Below are positions 53,891-62,777 of a DNA stretch of 64,000 bases, in pieces. Made by a program: the position numbers and the translations under genes. Numbering within the stretch: the stretch's first letter is position 1; each line of letters starts with the position of its first letter. The notes under the pieces are model-generated. The model had not been told where the DNA came from. It searched no databases and saw only the letters and a program-made list of their open reading frames with translations. Origin of the DNA: Sphaerochaetaceae bacterium (GTDB lineage: Bacteria; Spirochaetota; Spirochaetia; Sphaerochaetales; Sphaerochaetaceae); assembly GCA_028700425.1 (NCBI GenBank), contig JAQVSP010000001.1, positions 1,237 to 65,236 on the forward strand, written 5' to 3'.

Positions 53891-54781
53891 TCAGATCTTC
53901 TGCACAATCCTAAGCTTCGCACTATGTGAAGCGCTGTTCTCTGCCATCTCCTGCTCGCTTGGCTCAAGGGGATGGCGCGTGATTATCCTTATGTCCTGCG
54001 GCCCATCGCTTCCGGCATGCTTTCTGAACAGCCATTTCACTGGCCTGTCCTCAAGGCTATGGAAGCTTATGACAGCTAGATATCCATTCTTCTCAAGGTG
54101 TCTTATCGCTCCTTCAAGAGCCCTCTCTATGCGTCCAAGCTCGTTGTTCACCTCAATCCTGATTGCCTGGAACGTCCTTGTTGCAGGATGTATTCGTCCG
54201 TTTCGGTACTCCACTGGAACCGCTCCGCCGATTATGTAAGCAAGGGCCTTGCTGGTCCTGATTGGCTCCTTTGCCCTCTCTCGGCATATAGCCTGGGCAA
54301 TGCGCCTGCTGTACCTTTCCTCTCCGTACTTGTAGATAAGGTCAGCAAGATCCTCTTCCCTGTAGTGATTGACAACGTCAAAGGCAGTCAGATCGGCATC
54401 TACATCCAGGCGCATGTCAAGCTCCTCATCCTTCAAGAATGAGAAGCCTCTCTGGGAAAGCTCGAAATGATAGGTGCTTATTCCCAGGTCAAAAAGGATG
54501 AAACAAGCTTCGCCCTCGAAGTCCTCGAAAAAGTCGTCGTACCAGCTGTTGACAGCCTTGAAGCGCGATCCGAAGGCCTCGAGGCGCGAAACCGCCCTAT
54601 TTTGTATCGTCCTATCCCTGTCAACTCCAATTACGGAGAGCTTAGGATGGCTTTCAAGGAAAAGCTCGGTGTGTCCACCTTCGCCGAGTGTGCAGTCGAT
54701 CATCACACCTGGCCTGGTGTCATCTATTGGTATGTTGGCAAGTATGTCCCTTGCCATGACTGGGTAATGAACAGGCTGCAT
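53891..54781 (-). CDS. rsmH: 16S rRNA (cytosine1402-N4)-methyltransferase
   Basis: HYPVM...DCTLGEGGHTE...FDLGISTYH motifs. Start at the ATG at 54781 (GGAG 8 nt upstream). Confidence 0.9.
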   Translation of the reverse strand: MQPVHYPVMARDILANIPIDDTRPGVMIDCTLGEGGHTELFLESHPKLSVIGVDRDRTIQNRAVSRLEAFGSRFKAVNSWYDDFFEDFEGEACFILFDLGISTYHFELSQRGFSFLKDEELDMRLDVDADLTAFDVVNHYREEDLADLIYKYGEERYSRRIAQAICRERAKEPIRTSKALAYIIGGAVPVEYRNGRIHPATRTFQAIRIEVNNELGRIERALEGAIRHLEKNGYLAVISFHSLEDRPVKWLFRKHAGSDGPQDIRIITRHPLEPSEQEMAENSASHSAKLRIVQKI

Positions 54782-54782
54782 A

Positions 54783-55244
54783 TCACCACTCCCATTTGCT
54801 TGTCGCAGCTTCATCAATGGTCAGGCCATTCATGTTGGCGTTCAAGCTGTCAAGATAGCTGAAGTAGACCTGAGCGTTCCAGATCTCAATGTACTTGTTG
54901 CTTCCCACAATGGCGCAGGAGTCCTTTCCGTTTATGCGAGCTGCGTTGCGCAGCTCCTGCGGTATGGCAAGCCTTCCGTTCTTGTCAAGACAAAGCGGGC
55001 GGGCTGGATTTATGACAAGACGCTTGAAGTTCATCGTGGTTGGATTGAACAGCACCTTTGGGGAGGACCCATCATCTATGCACCTTGAAAGGGCCTTGAA
55101 GGAATCCTCTGTGAAAAGCCAAAGGCAGGAGGAAGTGCTTCTGGTAAGGTACAGCGTCCCTGACCCCAGCTCATCTCTGAAAACTGGAGGGATCATAAGC
55201 CGTCCCTTTTCGTCTATAGTGTTCTGAAATTCACCGAGAAACAC
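54783..55244 (-). CDS. mraZ: transcriptional regulator MraZ
   Basis: MFLGEFQNTIDEKGRLMIPPVFR plus a second DKNGRLAIPQELR repeat. I prefer the GTG at 55244 (AGGAG 9-10 nt upstream) to the GTG at 55256, which abuts the SD. Confidence 0.85.
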   Translation of the reverse strand: MFLGEFQNTIDEKGRLMIPPVFRDELGSGTLYLTRSTSSCLWLFTEDSFKALSRCIDDGSSPKVLFNPTTMNFKRLVINPARPLCLDKNGRLAIPQELRNAARINGKDSCAIVGSNKYIEIWNAQVYFSYLDSLNANMNGLTIDEAATSKWEW

Positions 55245-55273
55245 TTGTTCACGCACTCCTTTTACATCAAATA

Positions 55274-55319
55274 CACACTAACTACCACTTTTTCCCACTC
55301 AGTTTAACTGCTTTACCAC
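55274..55319 (-). promoter_or_regulatory. candidate MraZ operator: phased GTG[GT][GT] direct repeats
   Basis: Reverse strand has GTGGT (55319..55315), GTGGG (55298..55294), GTGGT (55288..55284) and GTGTG (55278..55274). The last three are spaced exactly 10 bp apart, and the first lies 21 bp upstream of them. Confidence 0.45.
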
Positions 55320-55473
55320 AAAGGGCGCAAGTGAAAGAATCAAAAGAAAATTCCCAGCTTGATAGTTTTTCTGCAGGTTTTGCAATGAATTCTATATGAC
55401 TGTTAAGTTACTTGACACATTTTTTAGAAGTGTATTTTTAAAATGAGCAGCGGGAAGCTTCATCCAAGTGGAT

Positions 55474-55511
55474 AAAGAAAGAGGCCGGAAAGCTCTGCGC
55501 TTGCCGGCCTC
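55474..55511 (-). terminator. rho-independent terminator after the GH57 operon
   Basis: Reverse strand reads GAGGCCGG-15 nt loop-CCGGCCTC followed by TTTCTTTAT. Confidence 0.55.
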
Positions 55512-55537
55512 CTAAAGGAAAAGCAGGTAATGCCTGC

Positions 55538-57139
55538 CTATGCCTCAACGCCTCTGCTGAAGATGTTGTAGTCGATGTTTGGGAATATGGCATTGGCTTT
55601 TTCAGCCTTTACCAGCCATTCTGTGTTCACAGCATTCTTGCACATGTTGTTATAGACAAGCCCAATGTTCTCTAGATGGCTGAGAAGGCGATTCTTGGCA
55701 TAGCCTGCGCTTGTGTTGCTATGTATGATGAATGGCCAGTCGCTTGCCATCAGCAGCAGCGTCTCCCTTGCAGCCTGGCTTAGGAAGCGCTTCTTGAGCG
55801 AGGTCTGCTGGGAGAATCTCTCAGCAAGCTCCTGCATGTTCTCGATGGCCTTGAAGGTATGCCTATACAGCCATGCATTGTTCTCTGAATCAAGCCACAC
55901 TGAATTGAAGCCGCCCTCACCCCAGCTTGACCATCCTGGCTCCATGACCTGGGCATCAGGATGCCCCAGGATATAGTCGCCCTGGCTCTGAAGCTCGATA
56001 TCGGGGCTCTTGGCCATGCCCTTGATAAGCTCTTCCAGAAAATCAATGCCCTCGTACCACCAATGCCCAAACAGCTCGGCGTCAAAGCTCACTGTGAAGT
56101 ATGGATCATCGCCAATGAGAGGCCTGATCATGTCTGCCCTGGTCCTAAGGCTGTAGATGAAGTTGGATGCATGCTCCTTGACCTTCTCCTTCGCCTTCTT
56201 CGGGTCATACAGGACCTTCTCGTTGGTATGGCCTGTGACAGCCCAGTACTTATAGCCAGTGAAGACCCTCACTCCAGGCTCATGGATATATGGCCTGATG
56301 TAGTCCATATCAAGATCATAGCCGATGTCGCGATAGAACTCCCTGTAGTCCGGATCGCTTGGATAGCCGCTCTTGTCAGACCATATCAGGTTTGACAGAT
56401 AAAGATCCCTGGAGAAGGCATATACCCCGCTAGGTGTCTTGATTGGGGCAAAATTGCCCTTCAGGGGCAATTGGCTTCCTGTAAGCAGAGCCTGGGAAGA
56501 AAGCGGAATCCATTCTACGTTCTGATGGGCAAGAATCTTCTCCAGGCCTGGATAATATGCGCATTCAGGAAGCCAGAAGCCTCTGGAATGCTCATCAAGG
56601 CAGTAATCCAAGGTCTGCAGACCCACCTCCACCTGGGCATTCACTGCCCTGGGATAATCCTGGTAGAGGGGAAGATAGGCATGTGTTGCACATGTGGTGA
56701 TTATCTCCAGCACACCCTTCTTCTCAAGCTTCTGAAATGAGCTGAGAAGGCTGGATGCACAGGCATCCTTGTAGAACGCAAGGTTTGAAGCAAGCCCATC
56801 ATGATAGTTGCGTGCAAGAGCCTGGGCAGCAGGATTGCCCTCAAGACGCTGAATCTCCTTCTCCCCTAGCTCTATGTGGCATAGCATGTATTGCACAAAG
56901 CGCTCGTTGAGAGCCTTGTCGCCAAGCATGGTGCACAGAGTGGGCGAAAGGGAGATGCAGATGCGAAATCCGCTGATAGTGGAGCTGACCCTGCCTAGCA
57001 TGCGCAGCAAAGGTATGTAGGACTCATTCATGGCCTCGAAAAGCCAGTCCTCCTCGAGGAACTTTGGGTAGTCAATGTGTCTTACGTATGGCAGATGAGC
57101 ATTGAGTATTATTCCGAGCCTGCTTCTTGGATTCTTCAT
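55538..57139 (-). CDS. glycoside hydrolase family 57 enzyme (1,4-alpha-glucan branching enzyme type)
   Basis: N-terminus LGIILNAHLPYVRH...EEDWLFEAMNESYIPLL and the block FDAELFGHWWYEG are typical of GH57 branching enzymes. Confidence 0.8.
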   Translation of the reverse strand: MKNPRSRLGIILNAHLPYVRHIDYPKFLEEDWLFEAMNESYIPLLRMLGRVSSTISGFRICISLSPTLCTMLGDKALNERFVQYMLCHIELGEKEIQRLEGNPAAQALARNYHDGLASNLAFYKDACASSLLSSFQKLEKKGVLEIITTCATHAYLPLYQDYPRAVNAQVEVGLQTLDYCLDEHSRGFWLPECAYYPGLEKILAHQNVEWIPLSSQALLTGSQLPLKGNFAPIKTPSGVYAFSRDLYLSNLIWSDKSGYPSDPDYREFYRDIGYDLDMDYIRPYIHEPGVRVFTGYKYWAVTGHTNEKVLYDPKKAKEKVKEHASNFIYSLRTRADMIRPLIGDDPYFTVSFDAELFGHWWYEGIDFLEELIKGMAKSPDIELQSQGDYILGHPDAQVMEPGWSSWGEGGFNSVWLDSENNAWLYRHTFKAIENMQELAERFSQQTSLKKRFLSQAARETLLLMASDWPFIIHSNTSAGYAKNRLLSHLENIGLVYNNMCKNAVNTEWLVKAEKANAIFPNIDYNIFSRGVEA

Positions 57140-57855
57140 ACAAACTCCTGCTTGTTCAGCTTTTTGATCGCCATATCCACCAGCCTGTTGCCTATCGGAG
57201 CTCGATCCTTGTTGAGAATCGAGCTGAAGAGAAGGCAGATGCGGTCAGGATCGTTCTTGATCTCATCTATGTGGTCCAGCAGCACTGAGCGAGGAACAGT
57301 TATTATATTGGATTCTGCAAGCAATATGTCCTGGTCCTTGGTCTTTGCAAAAAGGCTTACTCGATACTTGCATCCAAGATCCGGAAGAGAGAAGTTCCAG
57401 GAGCTGTCTTCAAGGTCGATGTCTATCTTAAAGGATTCTCGAACAGAAAGGTCGTCATCAAGCTCGTAGGCTTCCAGATAAAGGGAGAATTCAGGATCTA
57501 TCTCATTCAGCTTCTCCTCCTCGTTGGGCCCGAGGGACCAGAAGATGTAAGCCCAGTTGATGTCCTTTGGCAGGATCCTTATGGCTGTCTCCATATAAAC
57601 GGGAGGAAGCTTCTCAACTCCGGGAAGGCGGAATGTCCCATCGCTTTGTACATCAGTCAGGCCCTTGCAGAACTTAAGCCTTCTGTTGCCTGAAGTTAGC
57701 TCCCCTTCGCTTGCCATGGCATCTTCGCCATAGATGTCGTTCAGGCACTCAATGAGCTGCTGACGATTCATACTCTGCCAGCCATCCACGTTCTCTGAAG
57801 AGACAATGTACCTAAGCTCGCAATCATTCAGGCTTGATATGTTGATTAAAACCAT
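57136..57855 (-). CDS. hypothetical protein coupled to GH57 (Rho_N/SAP-like N-terminus; DUF4912-like)
   Basis: LNDCELRYIVSSENVDGWQSMNRQQLIECL helix-extended-helix motif. 4-nt overlap with the GH57 gene. The family call comes from memory of DUF4912 co-occurring with GH57. Confidence 0.45.
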   Translation of the reverse strand: MVLINISSLNDCELRYIVSSENVDGWQSMNRQQLIECLNDIYGEDAMASEGELTSGNRRLKFCKGLTDVQSDGTFRLPGVEKLPPVYMETAIRILPKDINWAYIFWSLGPNEEEKLNEIDPEFSLYLEAYELDDDLSVRESFKIDIDLEDSSWNFSLPDLGCKYRVSLFAKTKDQDILLAESNIITVPRSVLLDHIDEIKNDPDRICLLFSSILNKDRAPIGNRLVDMAIKKLNKQEFV

Positions 57856-58041
57856 TGTTGCTCCCTTTGTATGCTAGATTCTAAGAAGTTATGTGATTTT
57901 AGTCAATCAAAGTGCCTTTTCCTGCCGCCTTATACGTTTTTACAGCCCCTTGATTCATCCTTGTTTTCAGTCTTTCACCTAGGCTTGCCAAGCATGCACC
58001 CTCGTGCATAACAGCACCCAGTTGTGATATCATTGCAGGCG

Positions 58042-60294
58042 ATGAAGACAGACCTTATAATTCACGGGCATTTCTACCAGCCCCCAAGACAGAATCCTTC
58101 CACAGGCCTTATAGACAAGGAGATAAGCGGCTCACGCTTTCTGGACTACAATCAGCTCATAAGCGACAGCTGCTACGAAGCCAATGCCCACTCGCGCTAC
58201 CTGAGCTTTGACGGACGGATCCTAAAGATAATCAACAACTATGCCTACATGTCCTTCAACTTCGGCCCTACTCTGCTTTCATGGTTCGATGAAAACAAGC
58301 CCTGGATCCTTGATCGCCTTGTCCAGGCCGATCAGATGAGCATCCAGCGCCTTGGACATGGAAATGCCATAGCCCAGGGCTACAACCACTCCATCCTTCC
58401 CCTTTCAAGCCCAAGGTCAAGGCTTTTGCAGATTGACTGGGCATTAAAGGATTTTGAGAGACGATTCAAGAGGCCAAGCGAAGGCTTTTGGTGCCCTGAG
58501 TGCGCTGTAGATGAGCAGACGCTCTACAGCCTGGCCTCAAGCGGCATCAAGTATGTCATCCTATCCCCTTTCCAGGCCAGGGCAGCCAGGCAGGATTCCC
58601 AGGAAGCCAAGAAGGTCATCGAAGGCCGCATAGGCTGGGACGAAAGCTTTGCCATAAACATAAGGGACAAGAGCATTGCAGCCTTCTTCTATAACCCTGA
58701 GCTGGCATCGGCTGTCAGCTTCTCCCACATGCTTCGCTCTGCCGACAGCATGTACTCAAGGCTTCTTGAGATCCGAAAGGCTACACCTCGCCTTATAACC
58801 TACGCCACAGACGGTGAGATCTATGGCCACCATGAAGGCTATGGAGACATGGCCATAGCAGCCCTGATTGAGAAGGTGGAGAGCAAGCCTGACTTCGAGC
58901 TGACGAACTTTGCAGCAGTGCTTGAGAAAAGGCCGCCTAGAAAGGAGGCCTTCATCCACAGCCCATCCTCCTGGTCTTGCGGCCATGGGGTGGAGCGATG
59001 GAGAAGCGACTGCGGCTGCTCCACTGGAGCCAAGCCAGGCTGGAACCAGAAGTGGAGAAGTCCTCTTCGTCAGGGCTTTGAAGCTGTCTTGGAGCGCTCG
59101 GAAGCCATATTTGATTCCAGTATGGCCAGGCTCATCCCAGGCCAATATGATGGTGCCAGGCTTCTAACGGATTACGGCAGCGTGCTTTGCCATGATATCA
59201 GCATCCAGGATCTTGGAAGAAGATGGAATGTCAGGCAAGATGACATGACTGACTTTGCAAGCCTTCTTGAGATGCGCAGGTGCATGGAGAATGCCTTCAC
59301 CTCCTGTGGCTGGTTCTTCAATGACATAAGCGGACTCGAGCCAAGGAAGAACATAGCGTTCTGCCTAAGGGCCATAGAGCTCATGGAGCGCTTCAGCTCA
59401 GAGGACCTCAGAGGTCTTCTTTTCAGCTATCTGGAGAAGGCTCAGAGCAACGTAGAAGGCAATGGCAAGACCATTGCGCTAAGAGACAGCCAGACGCTCA
59501 AGGGCTTTCTGGAAGCATGCCTCTACTTCTATGTAGGCAGCATCCTTCACTCAGGCTCCATTAAGTATGGCGACTGGAAGCTTGTGAACCTAAGAGGAGC
59601 CTTTATGACCATCCTGAACGAGAGGAGCCTTGAGACAAGGAATCTTGAGATCAACGAGACGACCAGTCCATGGTCTCTTGTGGTCAAGGACTTTGATAAA
59701 AGCCATGTCATTCGGACAAAGGACATACCAGAGCGCCTTATGGGCACAATAGCGCTTTGGATAGACGAGAAGCTTCAGAGATTCGACCACAGATACCTTG
59801 AGGACCTGGCCACCAGCCTGACTGTCTATGGAAGGCTTCTTGGAAGATCCGGCTTCAAGAGCTCAGACCTGTTCTACTCAGAAAACTGCTCCATCTGCGT
59901 CAAGGCCCTCAAGGCCTTCTTCGACAGGCCTGTGGAGAACATGGGAGAGTTCTGGGTCGAGCATAGGCAGAAGCTGACGATCATACTGGAATTCATAGCT
60001 TCCAAGGGCCGAAAGAGCGACATTGAAGCCATAGAGGAGCTAGCCAACACACAGCTTGAAAGAGTGGCTGCCTGGATAGCAGACAAGGAATTCACTGCCT
60101 TCCGCATAGACTGCATACTTGAAATCCTAGCTCTTGCTAGGGCCAACGGCATGCAGCCCAAGCTCACAGGCCTGCAGGATGCAGCCTACGATGCAATGCT
60201 TAAGGGACAGCTTGATGAGAAGGACAGCTTTAGGCTCTGCCAGCAGCTCAACCTCAACCTAAGCCTTGCTGCAAGGCAAGCTCAAGGTCACTAA
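58042..60294 (+). CDS. glycoside hydrolase family 57 protein with a long C-terminal helical domain (DUF3536-type)
   Basis: LIIHGHFYQPPRQNP, FWCPECAV and DGEIYGHHEGYGD blocks. ATG at 58042 is preferred to the GTG at 58024. Confidence 0.75.
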   Translation: MKTDLIIHGHFYQPPRQNPSTGLIDKEISGSRFLDYNQLISDSCYEANAHSRYLSFDGRILKIINNYAYMSFNFGPTLLSWFDENKPWILDRLVQADQMSIQRLGHGNAIAQGYNHSILPLSSPRSRLLQIDWALKDFERRFKRPSEGFWCPECAVDEQTLYSLASSGIKYVILSPFQARAARQDSQEAKKVIEGRIGWDESFAINIRDKSIAAFFYNPELASAVSFSHMLRSADSMYSRLLEIRKATPRLITYATDGEIYGHHEGYGDMAIAALIEKVESKPDFELTNFAAVLEKRPPRKEAFIHSPSSWSCGHGVERWRSDCGCSTGAKPGWNQKWRSPLRQGFEAVLERSEAIFDSSMARLIPGQYDGARLLTDYGSVLCHDISIQDLGRRWNVRQDDMTDFASLLEMRRCMENAFTSCGWFFNDISGLEPRKNIAFCLRAIELMERFSSEDLRGLLFSYLEKAQSNVEGNGKTIALRDSQTLKGFLEACLYFYVGSILHSGSIKYGDWKLVNLRGAFMTILNERSLETRNLEINETTSPWSLVVKDFDKSHVIRTKDIPERLMGTIALWIDEKLQRFDHRYLEDLATSLTVYGRLLGRSGFKSSDLFYSENCSICVKALKAFFDRPVENMGEFWVEHRQKLTIILEFIASKGRKSDIEAIEELANTQLERVAAWIADKEFTAFRIDCILEILALARANGMQPKLTGLQDAAYDAMLKGQLDEKDSFRLCQQLNLNLSLAARQAQGH

Positions 60295-61949
60295 AGAGCA
60301 GAAGCTCCCTCGCCAAGCAGGCTTCTGGCATGCGACAAGGAAGCCTCATCAAGGCTGCCGCTGAGCATGCGCGCAATCTCGTGAACCCTGTCCTCTCCGC
60401 TTGCCTCAAGCAGATTGGTATAGGTTCGGTTGTCCACTGTGCTCTTGCTTACAATGAAATGCTTGTCAGCAAGCCGGGCTATCGAGGCTAGATGCGTGAT
60501 TGTAATGACCTGGCGCTTTTGCGACAAGGCCTTGAGCTTGGCTCCAACCGCAAGGGCCACAGAGCCGCCGATTCCTGCATCTATTTCATCAAAGACCATG
60601 GTCATGATCTCATCGCTTGAACCTAAGGTAGTCTTGATGGCAAGCATGACCCTGGAAAGCTCTCCGCCTGAAGCTATCCTGGAGATCGGCCCCATAGCCT
60701 CTCCGGGGTTGGCGCATAGCATGAAGCATACCTCATCCGCGCCATTAATGCTTATCGGGCAGGACGAGAACTGGATGTCGAATACAGCCTTGCCCATCCC
60801 AAGATCATGAAGGTTCTCCTCTATGCTTGAGCAAAGGGATCTTGCAGCGGCCTTTCTTTCCTGGGTCATCTGCCCAGCCAGGCTCTCTACTTCCTGAATC
60901 AGTAGCTTGTGTGCCTTCTGAAGCTTTGAAAGCTCGATCTCACGCTGGTCGCTGCTTGAGAGGGCAAGCTGGGCATCATCACGGTACTTAATCACAGACT
61001 CATAGGTTCCGCCATACTTCTTGTACAGCCTCTGAAGGCTGGACAGGCGGCCTTGCATGCTGTCAAGCTCCTCCTCGCTGAAGCTCATGGATCCAAGGGT
61101 CTCTACTATGCTCTGGCTTATGTCATCAACCTCGACCATGGAGCTTTGGAGCCTTGTGCAGTAGTCCTTGAGCCCAGGATCCAGCCTTGAGGCCTTTTCC
61201 AGATCTGAAGAGGCTCCATAAAGGCTCTCCAGGCTTGACTTCAGCCTTGATGAACAGTCCCCAAGGCTCTGGCTGATGGCTTCATGCTGGCTTGCTGCGT
61301 GTATCTTGGCCTTGAGATCCTCAAGCTCACCGGATTTTGGGTCTATCCTGTTGATCTCAGAGAGTGCAAACTGCATGTAGTCGCTGTCCCTGAGAGCCGT
61401 GTCAATGGAAGCCTGAAGCTCGGCGATTCTCCTTTCCAGGTCCTGGCTCTGCTCATAGGCCTTGCGAAAGGCAGAAGCATCAAGCCTGGCATAGCTGTCA
61501 AGAATAGCTCGCTGCCTGTCTTGCCTGAGCAGGCTCTGATGCTCGCTTTGGCCATGCATGTCGAACAGTGACTCGCCAATAAAGCCCAGATCCCCGCGGC
61601 TCATGAACTGCCCGTTGAGATAGATGGAGGACTTGTTGGCTGCCTTCCTTATGATGCGCCTGATAAGAAGAGCCCCATCCTCGCACTCATAGCCCCTTTC
61701 CCTTAGCCAGGCAAGCAGGCTGTGGTCAGGAGGCAGGCTGATCAATGCATCCACAGTGCAGGTATCCTCGCCGTTTCTTATGCATGAGCTGTCAGCCTTC
61801 TCTCCTATCAGAAGCGCAAGGGCTCCAAGGATTATGGACTTGCCCGAGCCTGTCTCTCCGGTGATGACATTCAAGCGCTCAGAGCAGTCTATCTCCAGAT
61901 TCTCAATCAAGGCAAAGTTATGAATCTTCAGATAATCAAGCATTGACAT
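60291..61949 (-). CDS. recN: DNA repair protein RecN
   Basis: ITGETGSGKSIILGAL Walker A, coiled coil, SGGELSRVMLAIK signature, VFDEIDAGIGG. Confidence 0.9.
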   Translation of the reverse strand: MSMLDYLKIHNFALIENLEIDCSERLNVITGETGSGKSIILGALALLIGEKADSSCIRNGEDTCTVDALISLPPDHSLLAWLRERGYECEDGALLIRRIIRKAANKSSIYLNGQFMSRGDLGFIGESLFDMHGQSEHQSLLRQDRQRAILDSYARLDASAFRKAYEQSQDLERRIAELQASIDTALRDSDYMQFALSEINRIDPKSGELEDLKAKIHAASQHEAISQSLGDCSSRLKSSLESLYGASSDLEKASRLDPGLKDYCTRLQSSMVEVDDISQSIVETLGSMSFSEEELDSMQGRLSSLQRLYKKYGGTYESVIKYRDDAQLALSSSDQREIELSKLQKAHKLLIQEVESLAGQMTQERKAAARSLCSSIEENLHDLGMGKAVFDIQFSSCPISINGADEVCFMLCANPGEAMGPISRIASGGELSRVMLAIKTTLGSSDEIMTMVFDEIDAGIGGSVALAVGAKLKALSQKRQVITITHLASIARLADKHFIVSKSTVDNRTYTNLLEASGEDRVHEIARMLSGSLDEASLSHARSLLGEGASAL

Positions 61950-62769
61950 CTCCTGACCATTTCAGCTTCTGCCTGAGAACTTCAAGATAGCTTCTCTTGA
62001 CAGTCTGCAAGAAGATAACTCCCTCCCCTCTTTGGATGACGATCCTGTCGCCGGCAAGGACTTCCACAGGATTCTGGCCATCGCAGCAAAGGAGTATGGA
62101 GGTGCTCTGCTTCTGGGCAACGGCCAGTGTGACAACCGAGCTGCCCTTGACTACAATCGGCCGATTGGACAAGGTGAAGGGACAGACGGGGTTGATGATC
62201 ATGGCATCCATGCTTGTGTCAAGAATAGGTCCTCCGCTTGCCATGGAATAAGCTGTAGATCCAGTCGGAGTGGCCACTATGAGCCCATCGCTTCTTATTG
62301 AGGCAGCGTCTATGCCATCGATGCTCAGGTTAAGCCTGATCATCTTGCACAGCGTTGAGTAGCTGACAGCAACTTCGTTGAGAGCTCTTGAGGACCAGAT
62401 CATCTGGTCCTCCCTGTATAGAAAGCACTTGAGGCTCATCCTTGAATCGGTTTCAAGCTCGCCATTGAAGAAGCGCTGAAGAGCATCTATTGCGCTGTCA
62501 GCGCAGGTCTGCGAAATATAGCCAAATGTTCCCATGTTTATGGCTAGCACAGGTATCTGCAGGCCCTTGAGCTGGCGGGCACCGCAAAGCACAGTTCCAT
62601 CTCCGCCGATGGTTATCTCAAGACCTACGGTTGAGGCCTGGTCAAACCCATCGGACTGCCAGGTATCCAGCTCGATGACCTCGTGATTGTGTGATTCTAG
62701 CCATGATGACACCTTTGCAGCCAGCTCTATGGCCTCGGGCTTCTTGCTTCTTATGATGAGGACTCTCAT
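61936..62769 (-). CDS. nadK: NAD kinase
   Basis: GGDGTVL motif and TPTGSTAYSMASGGPI. Classic nadK-recN pair. Confidence 0.9.
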   Translation of the reverse strand: MRVLIIRSKKPEAIELAAKVSSWLESHNHEVIELDTWQSDGFDQASTVGLEITIGGDGTVLCGARQLKGLQIPVLAINMGTFGYISQTCADSAIDALQRFFNGELETDSRMSLKCFLYREDQMIWSSRALNEVAVSYSTLCKMIRLNLSIDGIDAASIRSDGLIVATPTGSTAYSMASGGPILDTSMDAMIINPVCPFTLSNRPIVVKGSSVVTLAVAQKQSTSILLCCDGQNPVEVLAGDRIVIQRGEGVIFLQTVKRSYLEVLRQKLKWSGDVNA

Positions 62770-62777
62770 AGCGCTCC

